Below, in pieces: positions 27,843 through 42,125 of a DNA stretch of 64,000 nt. The notes beneath the pieces were generated by a model that made no database searches, was not told the DNA's origin, and worked only from the letters and a program-made list of their open reading frames with translations. The first letter of the stretch is position 1; each line of letters begins with the position of its first letter. The translations under genes and the position numbers were made by a program. Source of the stretch: Eledone cirrhosa (taxonomy: Eukaryota); the NCBI GenBank assembly GCA_964016885.1, contig OZ024751.1:15314001-15378000 (forward strand), read 5' to 3'.

Positions 27843-29870
27843 TTATATGCTTACATATGTATCTGTATACATCAACATGTATGTATACATGTTCTCATAC
27901 ATTTATACATGCATGCAAAGCAAGTTTAAGTTTGAAAAGCCCCATGTCAAATATCCATTATTTGACAACAATACTGGAGATGTTTCTCAAGAAAAACAAA
28001 ATATATATATACAAATGATACATTTATTTCCAGAAATTCTCCTATATCTTTCAGCCCAATTACTTCGTTGCAACTAATCTTCCCTTCACTAGCCCCTTTT
28101 CCCTCTTTTGTCCCTCCTCTCTCCCCCTCCACCTGCCTGCCTGCATCCCCACTCCCTTCACATCATATCCTGTCCTGCTCCTGTACATAACTGGGTGGTT
28201 GGGAGGGAATAAAGTAAATACAAAGTAAGAGAACATTGTTATTAATAATCTAAATTCTATGACTGTTTTTTATCATCACCATTGCCATCATCATCATTGT
28301 CATTGCCATCATCATCATTGTCATTGCCATCATCATCATCATCATCATCATTATCATAATTATTGGTCTTGTGCCAAGTCAGAAGAAACTATGATATATT
28401 ATTGTTATTATTATCATTATTAAATGGCGGTAGATTGGCAAAACCGTTACAGGGTCGGACCAAAATCCGTCGTGCTATCTTGTCCGGTTCTTTATGCTTT
28501 GAATTCAAATCCCGCCACAGGTCAACTTTGCCTTTTATCCTTTTGGAGTTGATAAAATAAAGTACCAGTTATGTACTGGGGTTGATATAATCAATTAACC
28601 CTTCCCGCCAAAATTTTGGCCTTGTGCCTATGTAAGAAATTACTACTGTTGTTGTTATTATCAATGATATTATTATTATCCTCATCATTGGTGGGTGCTG
28701 TGTTTGAGGCAGTAAAGTCCTTGACAAATTCAAATCTGATTTGGTTTTGGTTCTTGTCTAGAAATACTTCATATGCATTGTTAATGCTCTTTGGGAAAAG
28801 CATCAACCTCACTGGCCCATTTCTCATCCCTCCTTATCATCCTTGTAGCATATGCTGTGGCAAATAACCAGCTCTTGGCAAGCCAAGTCGATAATTTGCT
28901 TTCAGTTCTCAGAACAGTATGCTTTCCACAACGCCCCATTTCACCATCCTTATTATAAATAGGAGTGCCATGCCTAGAGAAGAAATTCATAGGTACACCT
29001 ATAGAAGAAATCTATTGGTATACTTATAGAAGAAGACACCTATTAGCACATTTGTGGAAGAAATATATAGGCATTTTTATAGAAGGAATCAACAGGCATG
29101 TTTATAGGAAGTACCATTATAGTTAATATTATAAATATTTTTTTAATTGTTGTCTTTCAACTTAGTGACTTTTAATTTTGTACAGATGGGCCTAATTTTA
29201 AAGTAAAATAGAGAACGTGTAAGGAAGGGTATCGTATGTAATAGGAACTCTATAATAACTTCTAAAATTCCTTCAACACGCCCTAATGACTCAGTTTTTT
29301 TTTTTTTATATTTTAATTTGTTTTTCTTTTTCATCTTCTTGTTAAACCAACACTGAGTCAGTTTTGTGTGTTCAATGAAGGTTTATTGGTTTTTATTTTT
29401 AATTATTATTTTTTTTATCTTGAAGCTCAGCTTTTTATTTGTTAAACACCTAACTTACTGACAAATGTTATACCAAAAAGAATGAAGAAATTAATAACAT
29501 AAAAGGATTGCGAAAAAACAAAAAAAACGAAGACAGTTTTTTTAAAAGCATGAAAAAGTTACAAAAATATCACAACCCCTCCTACAAAACAAAGTAAAGA
29601 AAGAGAAAAAAATACCTTATTAAACTATATATTTCTTCTATTTCACATCAACTGTTTTTTTTTGTTTAGATTAACTGCCCTTGTTGTGTGAATGAGGAAA
29701 ACAACAGTGCCATTCTTTTCATCAGCCCTTGTTATTGTTGCTGTTACTTTGGATTTTGTTAAATGAAAGATAAATAAAAGTTGATATACACAAACTGTTG
29801 GTTTAAAACTTTAGCAGAATGTGATCATTGAAAGAGCTAATGATAGTTTGTTGAAATGCCAGACCAGGTA

Positions 29871-30243
29871 CATGATAGCTAGCTAGAGGTTAAAAATTGC
29901 TGTGTTTGTGGCTGGTTTAACGATAGCTATTTAGATGGTTGAATTAGCAATATTTATCTAGGTGGTTGAGTTAGCAATATTTATTTAGGTGGTTGGGTTC
30001 GCAACAATAGTTACCCAGGATAACAATATATCTATTTACACAGCCATATAAACACTAGCTATCTACACAACCACCTAAACAATAGTTATCCACACAGCCA
30101 TCTAAATATTGATTATCCACACAGCCATCTAAATGATAGCTATTTACACAGCCATAAATATAATAGCTATCCACCCAGCCATTTACACAGCTATATAAAA
30201 AATAGCTATCTGCACAGCCATTTAAACCATAGCTAGCTATATG
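29871..30243. mobile_element. foldback-like element with oppositely oriented ~27-bp subrepeats
   Basis: Ends CATGATAGCTAGCTAG / ATAGCTAGCTATATG; left units ATTTAGGTGGTTG complement right units CAACCACCTAAA; ACCAGGT on both flanks. Confidence 0.5.
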
Positions 30244-30495
30244 ACCAGGTTATTAGATAATTACTGACTATCTACCAGGTTAATAACACTTAGTTATAAT
30301 AACATTATTTTAATGTTGGTTACAGTAGAAGCAAGAAAAATGAACCCAAAAAATAATATATATATATTATCCCTATTTTCCTGCCTCTTGTTTGTATTAA
30401 ACCACCACTACCACCACCACTACTACTATTACCACCATTGCTATTTTATTACCACCACAGCAAATTATATATTTTTTTGTTTTTAAAACATTTCA

Positions 30496-30527
<32 letters not shown>

Positions 30528-30569
30528 CACTTTTTTATTTTTAAATGTCATTATTCCCATCATTACGTG

Positions 30570-30601
<32 letters not shown>

Positions 30602-31009
30602 CATGATTATTGTTGTTGTTGTTATACTTATGGCAAAATCCCATATACTGAGTCCCCTATTCAATCTTGATCTGCTTCATTTACATCATAAATACTGTTG
30701 GAAAATGTATGAATGTCTCAACTTCCTAGAAATCTCAACTTTCCTGCTTATGTAAAAAACAACATTATTATTATTATTATTATTATTATCATCATCATCG
30801 TCATCATCATTATTATTATTTTCTGAAACATTACTAAACTGAAATAAAATGAGAAAAAAAGGAAAGAGAGAGGGAGAGAGAAAGTGTGTGTGAATTTGTT
30901 TTGTTATTTTTCCCCCTTTTTCTCCCCTTGTATGTAAAATAACTATTTTACTTCTAATGAAATATCTACAATATTGTCCAGATCAAACGCAGCTTTGACA
31001 ACATTCAAC

Positions 31010-31300
31010 AAACAGTTTGTACTAACTAACCAGTTACCAACACAGTTTGCACTAATAGTTACTATAGCAGTTGCCAACACAGTTTGTACCAACTATTATA
31101 ACAGCTAGTACAAATATATTTTGTTCTAACTGTTACCATAATAGTCAGTACAAACTGTGTTGGTACTAACTATTACCTGAACAGTTAATAAAGACATAAT
31201 TTGTACTAACTGTTACCATAACAGTTAATACAAACATATTTTGTACTAACTATTACCAGAACAGTTAATACCAACACATTTTATACTAACTGTTATCAAC
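31010..31300. repeat. ~39-bp minisatellite with self-complementary unit
   Basis: TTGTACTAACTGTT-ACCAT-AACAGTTAATACAA. Confidence 0.75.
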
Positions 31301-31779
31301 ATTTTATCTGTAATGGCTGGCTAACCTCTCCCTACCATGTCACATTATTGACTTTATTCTAACTTTCAGTCCATGTTCTAACCACAGAACATAATGAGAT
31401 GCTATTATTAAGTAGTTGGTTATTTAGCCCAATAATAACAATAATAATGATAATAATGGTCATGATGATGATAATAATAATAATAATATAATAATAATAA
31501 TGATGAAAAGAAACTTCTGTTTCTTCTGTTATCAAGTTTTGTGTTTCTTCAAAATAAATATTTCTTTTAAAAACAATTTTGATTCTTTAAATAGTTTTGA
31601 AGTGTTTTCCACCATCAGAGTTACGGTTGTTTGGTTACCATGACTTCCACATTAATACATTGTCTTGTTTCTAAGAATTTACATGTGAAATTAATAAAAA
31701 AGAATTTTAATAAATAATCCTGTAACCATTTTTAGAAATCTACAATGTGGTCGGAGAGCTCTGGCAGTGTTATTATTAC

Positions 31780-32250
31780 AAGACACTGCTAGAACTGTCT
31801 GATAGACATTGCTAGAACTGTCTGACAGACATTGCTAGAACTGTCTGACAGACATTGTCAGAATGGTCTGACAGACACTGCTAGAACTGTCAGATAGACA
31901 TTGCTAGAACTGTCTGACACACATTGCTAGAACTGATTGGCAGTATCGGTAGAGGGTTGGACTCCATGCTTTCTAGCATAGTTACGTCCCTTTATGGTCT
32001 GAGTTCAAATCCCGTCGAGGTTAACTTTGCCTTACGGGGTCGATAAAATGAAGTACCAGTAATGTACTGGGTAATTGCTGGCCTTGTGCCAAAAGTAGAA
32101 ACAATTATTAGAACTGTCTGACAGACATTGCTTGAACTATCTGGCATATTGCTAGAACTGATTTACAAACATTACCAGAACTGTTTGGAACATTGCTAGA
32201 ACTGTTTGACAGACATTGTTAAAACTGTCTGACAGACATTGCTAGAACTC
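31780..32250. repeat. ~22-bp minisatellite interrupted by a SINE
   Basis: Unit CAGACATTGCTAGAACTGTCTGA. Confidence 0.85.
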
Positions 32251-32359
32251 TGGAAAAGGTTCCTTTCTTTTTTGTTTGGCTTCATCACTAATCTTTTTCT
32301 TTCTCCTCCTCCACTCCCTGATGAGTTATTGAATCTAATACTATCTGTGTTGAAGCCAG

Positions 32360-33185
32360 ATCAACTCCTCAATTAAGCTATTTCAAGGGCTACAGTCCTT
32401 GTTGGGATCAACTTCCTGATTGAGCTATTCAAGGGATTGCAGTCCTTGCTGCTATTCTATGGAATATTGTTTTTGCTGGGATAAAATCCTTGATTGAGCT
32501 ATTCCAGAGGCTACAGTCCTTGCTGGGATCAACTTTCCAGTTGAGCTATTCCAAAGGCTACAAACCTTGCTAGGATCAACTCATTGATTGAGCTCTTCAA
32601 GAAGCTACAGTCTTTCCTGGGATCAACTCCCTCATTGAGCTATTCCAGGGGCTACAGTCTTTGCTGGGATCAACTCTCTGATTGAGCTATTCCAGGTGCT
32701 ACAGTTTTTGCTGGGATCAACTCCCTGATTGAGCTATTCTAGGGGCTACAGTCTTTGCTAGCATCAACTCCCTGATTGAGCTATTCCAGGGTCTACAGTG
32801 CTGGGTTCAACTCCCTAATTGAGTTATTCAAGAGGCTACAGTCTTTGCTAGGATCAAACCCTTGATTGAGCTATTCAAGAGGCTACAGTCTTTGCTGGGA
32901 TCAACTCTCTGATTGAGCTATTCAAGAGGCTACAATCCATGCTGGGCTCAACTTCCTGATTGAGCTATTCCAGGACTATCTATAATTACTGGTATCAACT
33001 CTCTCTTTGAGCTATTCCAGGGGCTACAGTCTTTGCTGGGATCAACTCTGCAGTTGAGCTATTCCAGGGGCTACAATCTTTGCTGGGATTAACTCTCTCA
33101 TTGAGCTATTCCAGGGGGCTATCTATTATTGCTGGAATCAACTCCCTGATTGAGCTATTCCAGGGCTATCTATTATTGCTGGAGC
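32360..33185. repeat. 47-bp minisatellite, about 17 copies
   Basis: Unit GGGATCAACTCCCTGATTGAGCTATTCCAGGGGCTACAGTCTTTGCT. Confidence 0.9.
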
Positions 33186-36100
33186 TGCTGTATTTTACTT
33201 ATATAACTATGATTCAGCTTGCAGGAGTAATGTATCTGATAGCGGCAGAGAATATGTGACATATTCTGTCCTTAGTAAAGAGAATTCATTTCATCCACAA
33301 CCTTTTTCTCCATCATGACATATTTGTCCATCAAGACAAAGTTGTCCATTAAGACATAAAAGTGTAAAAATATAAACAACAACAACAATAACATCAAACA
33401 AACAAACCAATATATGTATAATAAATAAAACACCAAAGAAAATGTATTGTTGTATTTAACGAGGATTATATATATATATATATGTATATTAATTACCACA
33501 ATAATCATTTTCAACTTTTCAACACAAGATTTCTGGTGAAATCTCTTGCCAAAAATTATACAAGAAAAAGAAAAAAGAATAGAAAAACAACCAACCAAAT
33601 CATCAAGTAATCATTAATGTTTCTGGGACTATAGGGCTTCTTAGAGATGTTTGTGTCATCGTGAGATATAAGAGCAAGAATTAAAATACTGATTGTTGAA
33701 CAAATCATGCGACACTGACTCAAAATCTGCAGTTATATTTGCAGTTTAATAAGTTTATATTGCACTATATAGTATCTGAAGTCGCTTTACTTTAGATATT
33801 TTCTTTTACCTGTTTATTTTGCTGTGTCTCATATATATATATATATACATACACATATATTCATACATGTATATGCATATATATATGTATATATATATAT
33901 ATATATTGGTTTTATTTTATTATTGGAAAGAACTTTGTTGATGCTCAGTTTCAGTTTAAATATTATTAACTTTGTTGTTAATAAACTAAGTTTTTTTTCC
34001 CATGTGAATTACAGATACCATGTTCTAAATTTACAGAATTATTTCAAACAATTACTTATAATAAATAAACAGTGAGTCTGCATAGAAGAAACAAAAGAAA
34101 ACAAAGAAACAAAATTAAAAAATAAAAATAAAACTTACATTTGGTTTGGCAAATTTACAAAGGAACACGTGTTATAAATTGAATCCAGTCTTTCATCATT
34201 TCAATTTCCTCCTCTCTTTCTTAACACACCTTCCTTGGAAGATCTATAAAAGATCTATGTTGAATGTTTTATAAATCATTATTGTTGTTGTTATTGTTGT
34301 TATTCTTATTAACAAGGATGGCAAGTTGACAGAAGTGGTAGAAAGACAAGGCTAAATGTCTTAACAGTACAAAGTTGTTTTATTTTAATTTTTTCTCTCT
34401 CCATCTAGATGAACGCGTTAATTTTTTTAATGCTATCAAGTCCAAATCCTCCATTGTTGTAGATATCAGTACCAGTAATATACTGGTGTTGATCTACTTG
34501 ATTGTATCTGATTGTTTGAACATTTTAAGCATCAAACTAATTGTATTTAGTTTTGTTCCTCAATGTTCCCAGCTCAAATTTGATCAGGGTTGACAAAATC
34601 ATCAGTTTTGATCAGGTATTGGGCATGATTAAAACACCCCTTCTTCCTCCAACTCCTGGGTCTATGTTACAAATCATTATCACAATTATTATTATTATTA
34701 TTGTAGTTGTCCTGTGGGGTTGTAAATTGGCAGTCATTAAAGTATCAGACAAATGCTTAGCAGTATTTATCTGGCTCTCTATGTTCTGAGTTCAAATCCT
34801 GCCGACGTCCATTTTGCCTTTCATTCTTCCAAGGTCGATAAAATAAAGTACCCATGAAATACTGGGGTTGTTTTAATCGACTTTCTCCTCCCTTCAAATT
34901 GCTCGCCTTGTGCCTAAATTAGAAATCTTTATGAAACTGGCGTTTGGGACATAATTTAACAAAGGTTCTTACATAAAATTATAATGGAAAGTTTTTAGAT
35001 AAATATGAACAATTTAAAGCAAACAGTTTTGTATGATAGAACCAGGGGTGGTTTCAAGCTGTTTAGTGGCAAAGAGGTTAATCATTGTGACAACTGAAGT
35101 TAGCAGAAGGTGTATTGAGTAGCAGACATACTGATTATTTTATAGTGTGTTTAGTTAGTTATATGACACACCACACTGTTGTGAGTCTTGCCACTGTTGT
35201 TATTGTTTTTTCTGTGGGGTGGGAGGTGTGTGTGTCAATAACAGGAGTGTCATTTACTGGGGCTCATTGAAACAACTATATGTACCCCTTAAGTATATTT
35301 TGTGCTTAGCCAAAGAGACTTATGAAAGAAATCATTATTATTGTTCAAATCCCACAAAGGTTACCTTTGCCTTTCATCCTTACAGGATCGATAAAATAAA
35401 GTACCAGTAATGCACTGGGGTCAATTTAATTGACTTTTCCCTTCCCTTCAGATTACTGGCCTTGTACCTAAAGTAGAAACAATTATTATCCTTTACTACT
35501 ACTAGTGAGTGTCACAATGCAAGAGGTAAGCTGAGAAAAAGATGTGGTTTCAATCGTAGATGAAAGCCACTTCGTTTATGTCTACATATACATCACTAAC
35601 GTTTTTAGGAGAAAAGGCTTGAACATCACAACTCTCCATTTCCCGTCCCCCCCAACAATATAGGGTCTTTAAGCATGTTCAAACAGCTATATTATTTAAC
35701 AATATAGTAGTAATATGTATGTGAAACTGTTGGTGCCATAGTGTAAAAGTTAGTTGGTGGAATGTGTTAGTAACATACTGCTTCTAATTTCCTCTCTATG
35801 TCACAACGTCCTTGGAAAAGGCAACACTGTCACAGTTTCCTTGTTCTCTATAAAACTTGTGGCCTATGTAAGAAATCAATATTATTGATTCCTTTGTCAG
35901 TAATAAAACTCACAGAAACTACTCTTCAGCAAGTTTTTTTGTTTGTTTTCTCTTCAAAGAAAAGTTAAAATTTCAGAATAAACTCATTCCTAATGGAGTT
36001 ATCTTCCCTTGTTCATCTTTGGTAAAACTCAACAGATGTCATGCTTCCTACCTACATGTTGCTTGAAAATGCCATGAACACCACAGCATCTTATTTCTTG

Positions 36101-37116
36101 ATCCGGAGTAAGAAATCAATTTTTATTTTTGATTTAACTGAATATTATATTTTATTCTATTATTTTTTAAAATTCTGTAACAGACTTGAGGGAGGATATT
36201 AATATTACTTCATATATGTCACATCTCTGGATAATTTACACATGACAGATAAATATCATATTTCTGGATATTACATACATGACATATATATTGTATATCT
36301 GTGGATATTACATATGACATATATATCTCTATATCACATCTCAGAATATTACACACATGACATATATATCATCTCTGGGTATTACATATAACATGTATAT
36401 CATCTCTGGGTATTACACATTTTTCATATCTTTGGATATTACATACATGACAGATGTCATGCATCGTATATCTCTAGATATTACAGATGACATCATCATC
36501 ATCGTTTAACGTCTATCTTCCACGCTAGCATGGGTTAGACGGGAGTTGTCCCACTTGAGGCAAGATTGGTTGGGTGACCGTGTCTCACTCGTATAGGACT
36601 ATCTGGAAGGTTTTCTATGGCTGGATGCCCTTCATATATATCTCTATATATATCTCTCTCTATATATATATCACATCTCTGAATATTACACACATGACAT
36701 ATATCATCTCTGGATATTACACACAACATATATCTCTAGATATTACACACATGACATTTATATCATATCTCTAGATATTACACATGTGACATTTATATCA
36801 TATATCGTATATTTCTGAATATTACCCACATGACAGGTATATATCATATATATTTGGATATTAACCACATGTCAGGTGTTATATGTTGTATGTCATATCT
36901 CTGGATATTACCCAGATGACAGATATTGTGTATGATTTCTCTGGATATTACTCAGATATTATGTTATATCCCTTATATTACCTAGATGACAGAAAGATGT
37001 GATATTTCATATATGACCTTACCCCTAGGCCATGCACCTCCACTAAAGATCCTACTATTACTATTATCACAAACACCATCATCATCATCGTTATTATTTA
37101 TTATTATTATTATTTA

Positions 37117-37852
37117 GGGCGGTGATTTGGCAGAATTATTAGAGCAAAATGCTTTGTGGCATATAGTTACAGCTATATGCCACAGCTATATTCTGAGTTA
37201 AATCCTGCTGAGGTTATCTTTGCTTTTCATCCTTTCAGTGTTAATAAAATAAAGTACCAGTAATGCGCTGAGGCCAATTTAATGGACTTTCCCTTTCTCT
37301 TCAAACTGCTGGCTTTGTGCCAAATCTAGAAACAACTATCATTATTTAGGGCGGTGGATTGGCAGTATCGGTAAAGGGTCGGACGCCATGCTTTGCAGTA
37401 TAGAGTTACGGCCCTTTACAGTATGAGTTCAAATCCCGCCGAGGTTAACTTTGCCTTTCATCTTTACGGGGTTGATAAAATAAAGTACCAGTAATGTATT
37501 GGGGGTAATTGCTGGCCTTGTGCCCAAAGTAGAAACAATTATTTAAGTTATGTTACTGGTACTTCATTTAATCCTTACGGTCGATAAAATAAAGTACCAG
37601 TAATGCACTGGGATAATTGCTGGCCTTGTGCCAAGAGTAGAAACAATTATTTAGGGTGGTGGATTAGCAGAATTATTAGGGCATTGGACAAAATGCTTTG
37701 CCGCATGTAAGTACATTTCTTTATATTCCAAGGTCAACTTTGCCTTTCATTCTTCCAAAGTTGATGAAATAAAATACCAGTTAAGTAGTGGGTCAATATG
37801 CTTGGCTTTCCTCTTCCTCCTAATCGCTCGTCTTGTGTCAATATTAGAAAGG
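37117..37852 (+). mobile_element. head-to-tail cluster of about 4 tRNA-derived SINE type B copies (others ~28425-28640, 31935-32108, 34715-34925, 35340-35482, 42295-42470, 42880-43090)
   Basis: GGCGGTG..TTGGCAG head, GAGTTCAAATCC B box, CTTTGCCTTTCATC..GATAAAATAAAGTACCAG core, GGCCTTGTGCC..AGAAAC(ATT)n tail. Confidence 0.78.
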
Positions 37853-39104
37853 ATTATCATCATCATCATCATCTGCATTTACATGTTCTGTTCATGAGTC
37901 AACTTGTTGATGTCTCAGTGGCAAGAATACAATTCCTTTCTTGTTGTCTGAAGCAATAATAAACCATTTATCATGTGAACAGTTTTCCGTCCATTTTACA
38001 GATCAGAACTTTCTGCCCCCTTTATCCAGATTTGGTGGAGTGGGAAACTTTGTAATGTTTGGGGTGGAGGAGTGTCTCTTTACCTAGAATTGGTGGAGAT
38101 GGTGATTGGTTCTGAATCCATTCACAATGATATATGCTACTCTACTTGTACATTTGTATTGTCACTACTCAATCTCTGTTTCCACCCTTCTCCAAGCATG
38201 GCTAGTTAGTGCAGAACATTAGATGTGACTAAGACATGTCTTAACTCTTTGGCATTTAAACCAGCCAGAATTCTCCGACTTCTTTCTGTTGAACTGGCCG
38301 CTCATTGATGTTAAGATATTGTTCTCAAAATAAATAACATCAAAATCTCATAAATTCGACATTATGTGAGATAAAGCCTTCATGTGAAAATATAATTATA
38401 TATAGGGTAATGTAAATGCTAAAGATTTAAATCATATGGCTGATCATTAAAAACTCTATAATATCAAGCAGATTACCAACATTGCTCTTGATAGGTAAAA
38501 CTTCTAGTGATGCTTATTTCTTCATCACTCTTTAACATGTATTTTCCATACTTGGATTAGACAGGCTGTCACATTATGAGGCTAAACAGGTGGATGCCCT
38601 TCCTAATGCTAACCACTTTACAGGGTGGACTGGGAATTTTTTGTGGCATAAGCATGATCACATTACAGGGTGAACTGGGTGCTTTTTGTCATGGCATCAG
38701 CACTACCATCTTACAGGGTAGACTGGGAGCTTTTTGTCATGGCACCAGCACTACCACCTTACAGAGTGGACTGGGTGCTTTTTTACTGTAGTTCCAGCAC
38801 AACCACCTTACAGGGTGGACTGGATGATTTTTGTCATGGCAATCAGCACTACCACCTTATAGGGTGGACAGTGCTTTTTGTCATGGCACTGCCATGACCA
38901 CCCCATCGTTGTTATCTCCTTTCCTGCAGTTGCCATAGCTACAAGTGAAACTCTACTCATCATGCACTGTTTTCTTTAGTTTTGTATATTGGCAGCGATT
39001 ATCTGTTCCATTAATTTAAACCGACTAATTCCATAATGAGAGAGAGAAAGAGGGGATTGATGGATTCAATGTTTAGTTTAGGTTCCATGCTTCCTGAAAT
39101 TTGT

Positions 39105-39280
39105 CAGCACTACACCTGATATTCCCCCTCCATACACATGTACGCATGTATGTGTATACATCATGACTCATACACTTTTCACTTTCCTGACATTTGTACA
39201 TTATTCTATGTACTATACATGCACCTTTGATGAGTTGTAGTGCACCTGAGCACTGTACACAATCATTTTCATTATATTAT
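39105..39280 (+). mobile_element. CR1 3' UTR/tail fragment (another at ~4455-4545)
   Basis: Matches the 3' end of the 47288 copy: TATTCTATGTACTATACATGCACCTTTGATGAGTTGTAGTGCACCTGAGCACTGTACAC. Confidence 0.75.
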
Positions 39281-39341
39281 AGATGCTCTCTCAAATATTC
39301 CTCATATGATCCCATGGAACATCCAGGATGTGATAACTGGA

Positions 39342-39382
<41 letters not shown>

Positions 39383-39982
39383 GCACCTGCAATGGACATG
39401 TACTTTTTTTATTGACCCTGAAAGGATAAAAGACAAAGTTGACCTTGGCAGGGTTTCAATTCAGAATAAGACTCCCAGAAAAATGTCCAAAATTAACGAC
39501 CCTGCTAAATCGACTCCTCAACACTTTACTTTGTATGACAGAAATATTCCTAACACTGGCAGTAATTCTTTAAATGGTTGATTAACCTTAGAATTTATAC
39601 TAAAATATACATTAATCACAGCAGTTTATTCTTCCATCAAACCATATCCTGTCTCATCTATTGAAGATACCTCTTGATGGTGTCTGAACCCTTTCACGAG
39701 ATAACAGTGAATGTGTGGCAATTAATATTGAAAAATATTCAAGAATTCGGTAGATTTTTGTAAAATAACTTTTTCATTAATAAAATTATGAGGGAAAGTT
39801 TAATTTTGATATGTACACCTTAAAATGAACTGTTTTCTCACAGAATGATGGGCAGTTTCAAGCAGGTTGGTATTGAAAGATTCAGCCTATTCATACCTTC
39901 CTTCTCAATACTTGTGGAATGTATCACTTCTTAGATACAGAGAGATGCTCTTATCAACATGAAGTACAATTACCATAGACTG

Positions 39983-40209
39983 TTTAACCCATTAGCATTT
40001 AAACTAGCTGTATCCAGCCAGAATTGTCTCACCTCTTTCTGTCAAACTGGCTGTAACTGGCCACTCATACTTGTTAAGGTATTATTCTCAAAATAAATAA
40101 TATCAAAATATCATAGATTCTGTATTATGAGAGACAATTATGTAAGATAAAACATTTACCACAAAAATACAATAGTGTATATAGAGTAATGTAAATGCTA
40201 AAGGGTTAA
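39983..40209 (+). mobile_element. piggyBac-like MITE family A, complete copy (another at 38242-38430)
   Basis: TTAA-CCCATTAGCATTTA ... TAAATGCTAAAGGG-TTAA; TTAA flanks and CCC/GGG ends are piggyBac hallmarks. Confidence 0.8.
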
Positions 40210-40588
40210 ACATTCACCTTTGTTGAAAATTGCTTAGATGGCTGAATTACAAAGGGAGGGAAATGTTTAGTGCCAGGTTATTCATAATGAAGTTGCATAC
40301 TAGCCATGACAATCACCAGTTGTATCTGGGGCAACATTTTTTTAACCTGCCCTTCACTTATTTAAGACGATAGAGGAGATATGACTGCTAGAAATAGCAG
40401 TCTATTTAAGATGGCAGTCCTCTGCCATCTTAAATAGAGTTTTCTTTGTAGTAACATGCAGGGAGTTACGTATAGAGAATGGAAATTTTGGTAAAGAAGG
40501 ATTTAGTAAATGTAGAATTTCATTCTTTTATCAAACATTACAGAGAAAAAAATATTTCAGAAACAAAACTTTGAAAGCAGCAATAGTT

Positions 40589-40594
40589 TTTATT
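40589..40594 (-). promoter_or_regulatory. candidate polyadenylation signal of UAP1
   Basis: AATAAA on - strand about 340 nt after the stop, followed by U/GU-rich sequence; another AATAAA near 40772. Confidence 0.35.
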
Positions 40595-40931
40595 TAAAAA
40601 AATATATATACAACTTTCTGTTGTTTATATTGACAAACAAACCCACAAAATAAAAGACAAAGACCCTGAAAATTACTTCAGATAAGCAACAAACATTTTT
40701 AGTTATAAGTTATACAAGAATAAATAAAATATATTATAAGCACTCTGTTCATACTTTTGATATTTTATCATTTTATTAAATTTTTTTTTGTTTCAAAATA
40801 TATCTTGCCTAAAAGTTTTTTGAAAATTCATTTTTGTTTCACCCTCCCCACCATCACAATTGTGTATCAGGAATTACCAAAAGCAATTTAAGAAAATGTA
40901 AGTTTATGAATTAAACTCCATTTTAAGAACT

Positions 40932-40988
40932 CTAATTAAGAGAAACAGGTGCAGTGAATGTCTTGTTCTTGACCAGTTTCTCCAAACC
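40932..40988 (-). CDS. UAP1: UAP1 terminal coding exon
   Basis: tttcag|GLEKLVKNKTFTAPVSLN* (TAG at 40934-40932); completes the SYAGEGLE motif. Confidence 0.92.
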   Translation of the reverse strand, partial: GLEKLVKNKTFTAPVSLN

Positions 40989-42067
40989 CTGAAATTAAAG
41001 TAAAGTAGAAAATATTGTTTTTATTCAAAGGAAATACTAATGGAATAATAAAAAGATTTTAGAATAGCTCACACAGACAACACAGAATTCCATTTGGTAT
41101 CACTAGTAAGTCATTATCATCGTTTTACGTCTGTTTTCCATGCTGGCATGGGTTGCTCTGAGATGGTCTGCTCATAAGTACCCTTCCTAATACATTTTAT
41201 CATGGTACCAGTGAACTTTACATGTGTATTGGGTACATTTTATTGTGGAACCAGTACTAACACGTTACGGAGCGCACTGGGAACATTTTATCGTGATATC
41301 AGCACGTGATACCTTAGAGTGTACTAGGAACATTGGAATGGCAATACTACATTTGGACAGAAGTTTAAAGAACTTCTAGATATAACTACAAAACTTCAGT
41401 GGTATCTGCATTTACTCTGGCAACAATATATCTATCGTCTGTTTTTGATATCTCGCTATTTTGTATTATTTTCATAATTACTATAAACCACACAATGCGA
41501 AAATACAGATAAAAAAATAAAAAATTCAAGGGAGATAATTCTCAGTGACATTGTATATGTAAATGATTAACGCCCTTGTTGATTATAAAATGAGTGATAC
41601 AGCAGAATCATCATTTTTTTTTTTTTAAATATACAGTCATGGTATGGACGGATCGCACATCATTTCACCAACTCGTCTGCAATCATTCTATACCTGCTAC
41701 ACACGGTTACAGAGGAAAAACAGCCATATTTGTTACTGTGCGTTTCATTGATTTCTTTTTGTTTTGGTAAATATTTTATTTAGGACAATTTCAATATTTA
41801 CTTCTTATGAACAAACTAAAATACCGTACGGTATTTCTTTTTATTTAAAAAAATCCCAGGTTCAGTTAAACAATTTAGCCTTCTGGGTCTTATAAAGTAC
41901 TAGTCAATCTTTTTTAGATATAAAAATTTATATAATGAATGATGTACAAAATAAACAAGTCAATACAGTACAGATGTTAATATATACTTACCTATTCATT
42001 GTATAATACAACAGATAATATATACACACACTACTTCAGTGTATAAAACTATAATATATACACTTAC

Positions 42068-42125
42068 CTCTCCAGCATATGACACTAAAGGTGATATCTC
42101 ACAAACAGGTGTATTCTCAGCATCA
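42068..42125 (-). CDS. UAP1: UAP1 penultimate coding exon
   Basis: cttgtag|t DAENTPVCEISPLVSYAGE|gtaagt; CEISPL.SYAGE motif; 58 nt, phase 2 to 0. Confidence 0.94.

Noticed and set aside
41537-41620. C/D-box snoRNA candidate on - strand (ATGATGA...CTGA, about 75 nt apart)
   Set aside because: No convincing terminal stem, C'/D' boxes or rRNA guide, and ATGATGA is very common in this GAT-repeat-rich DNA.
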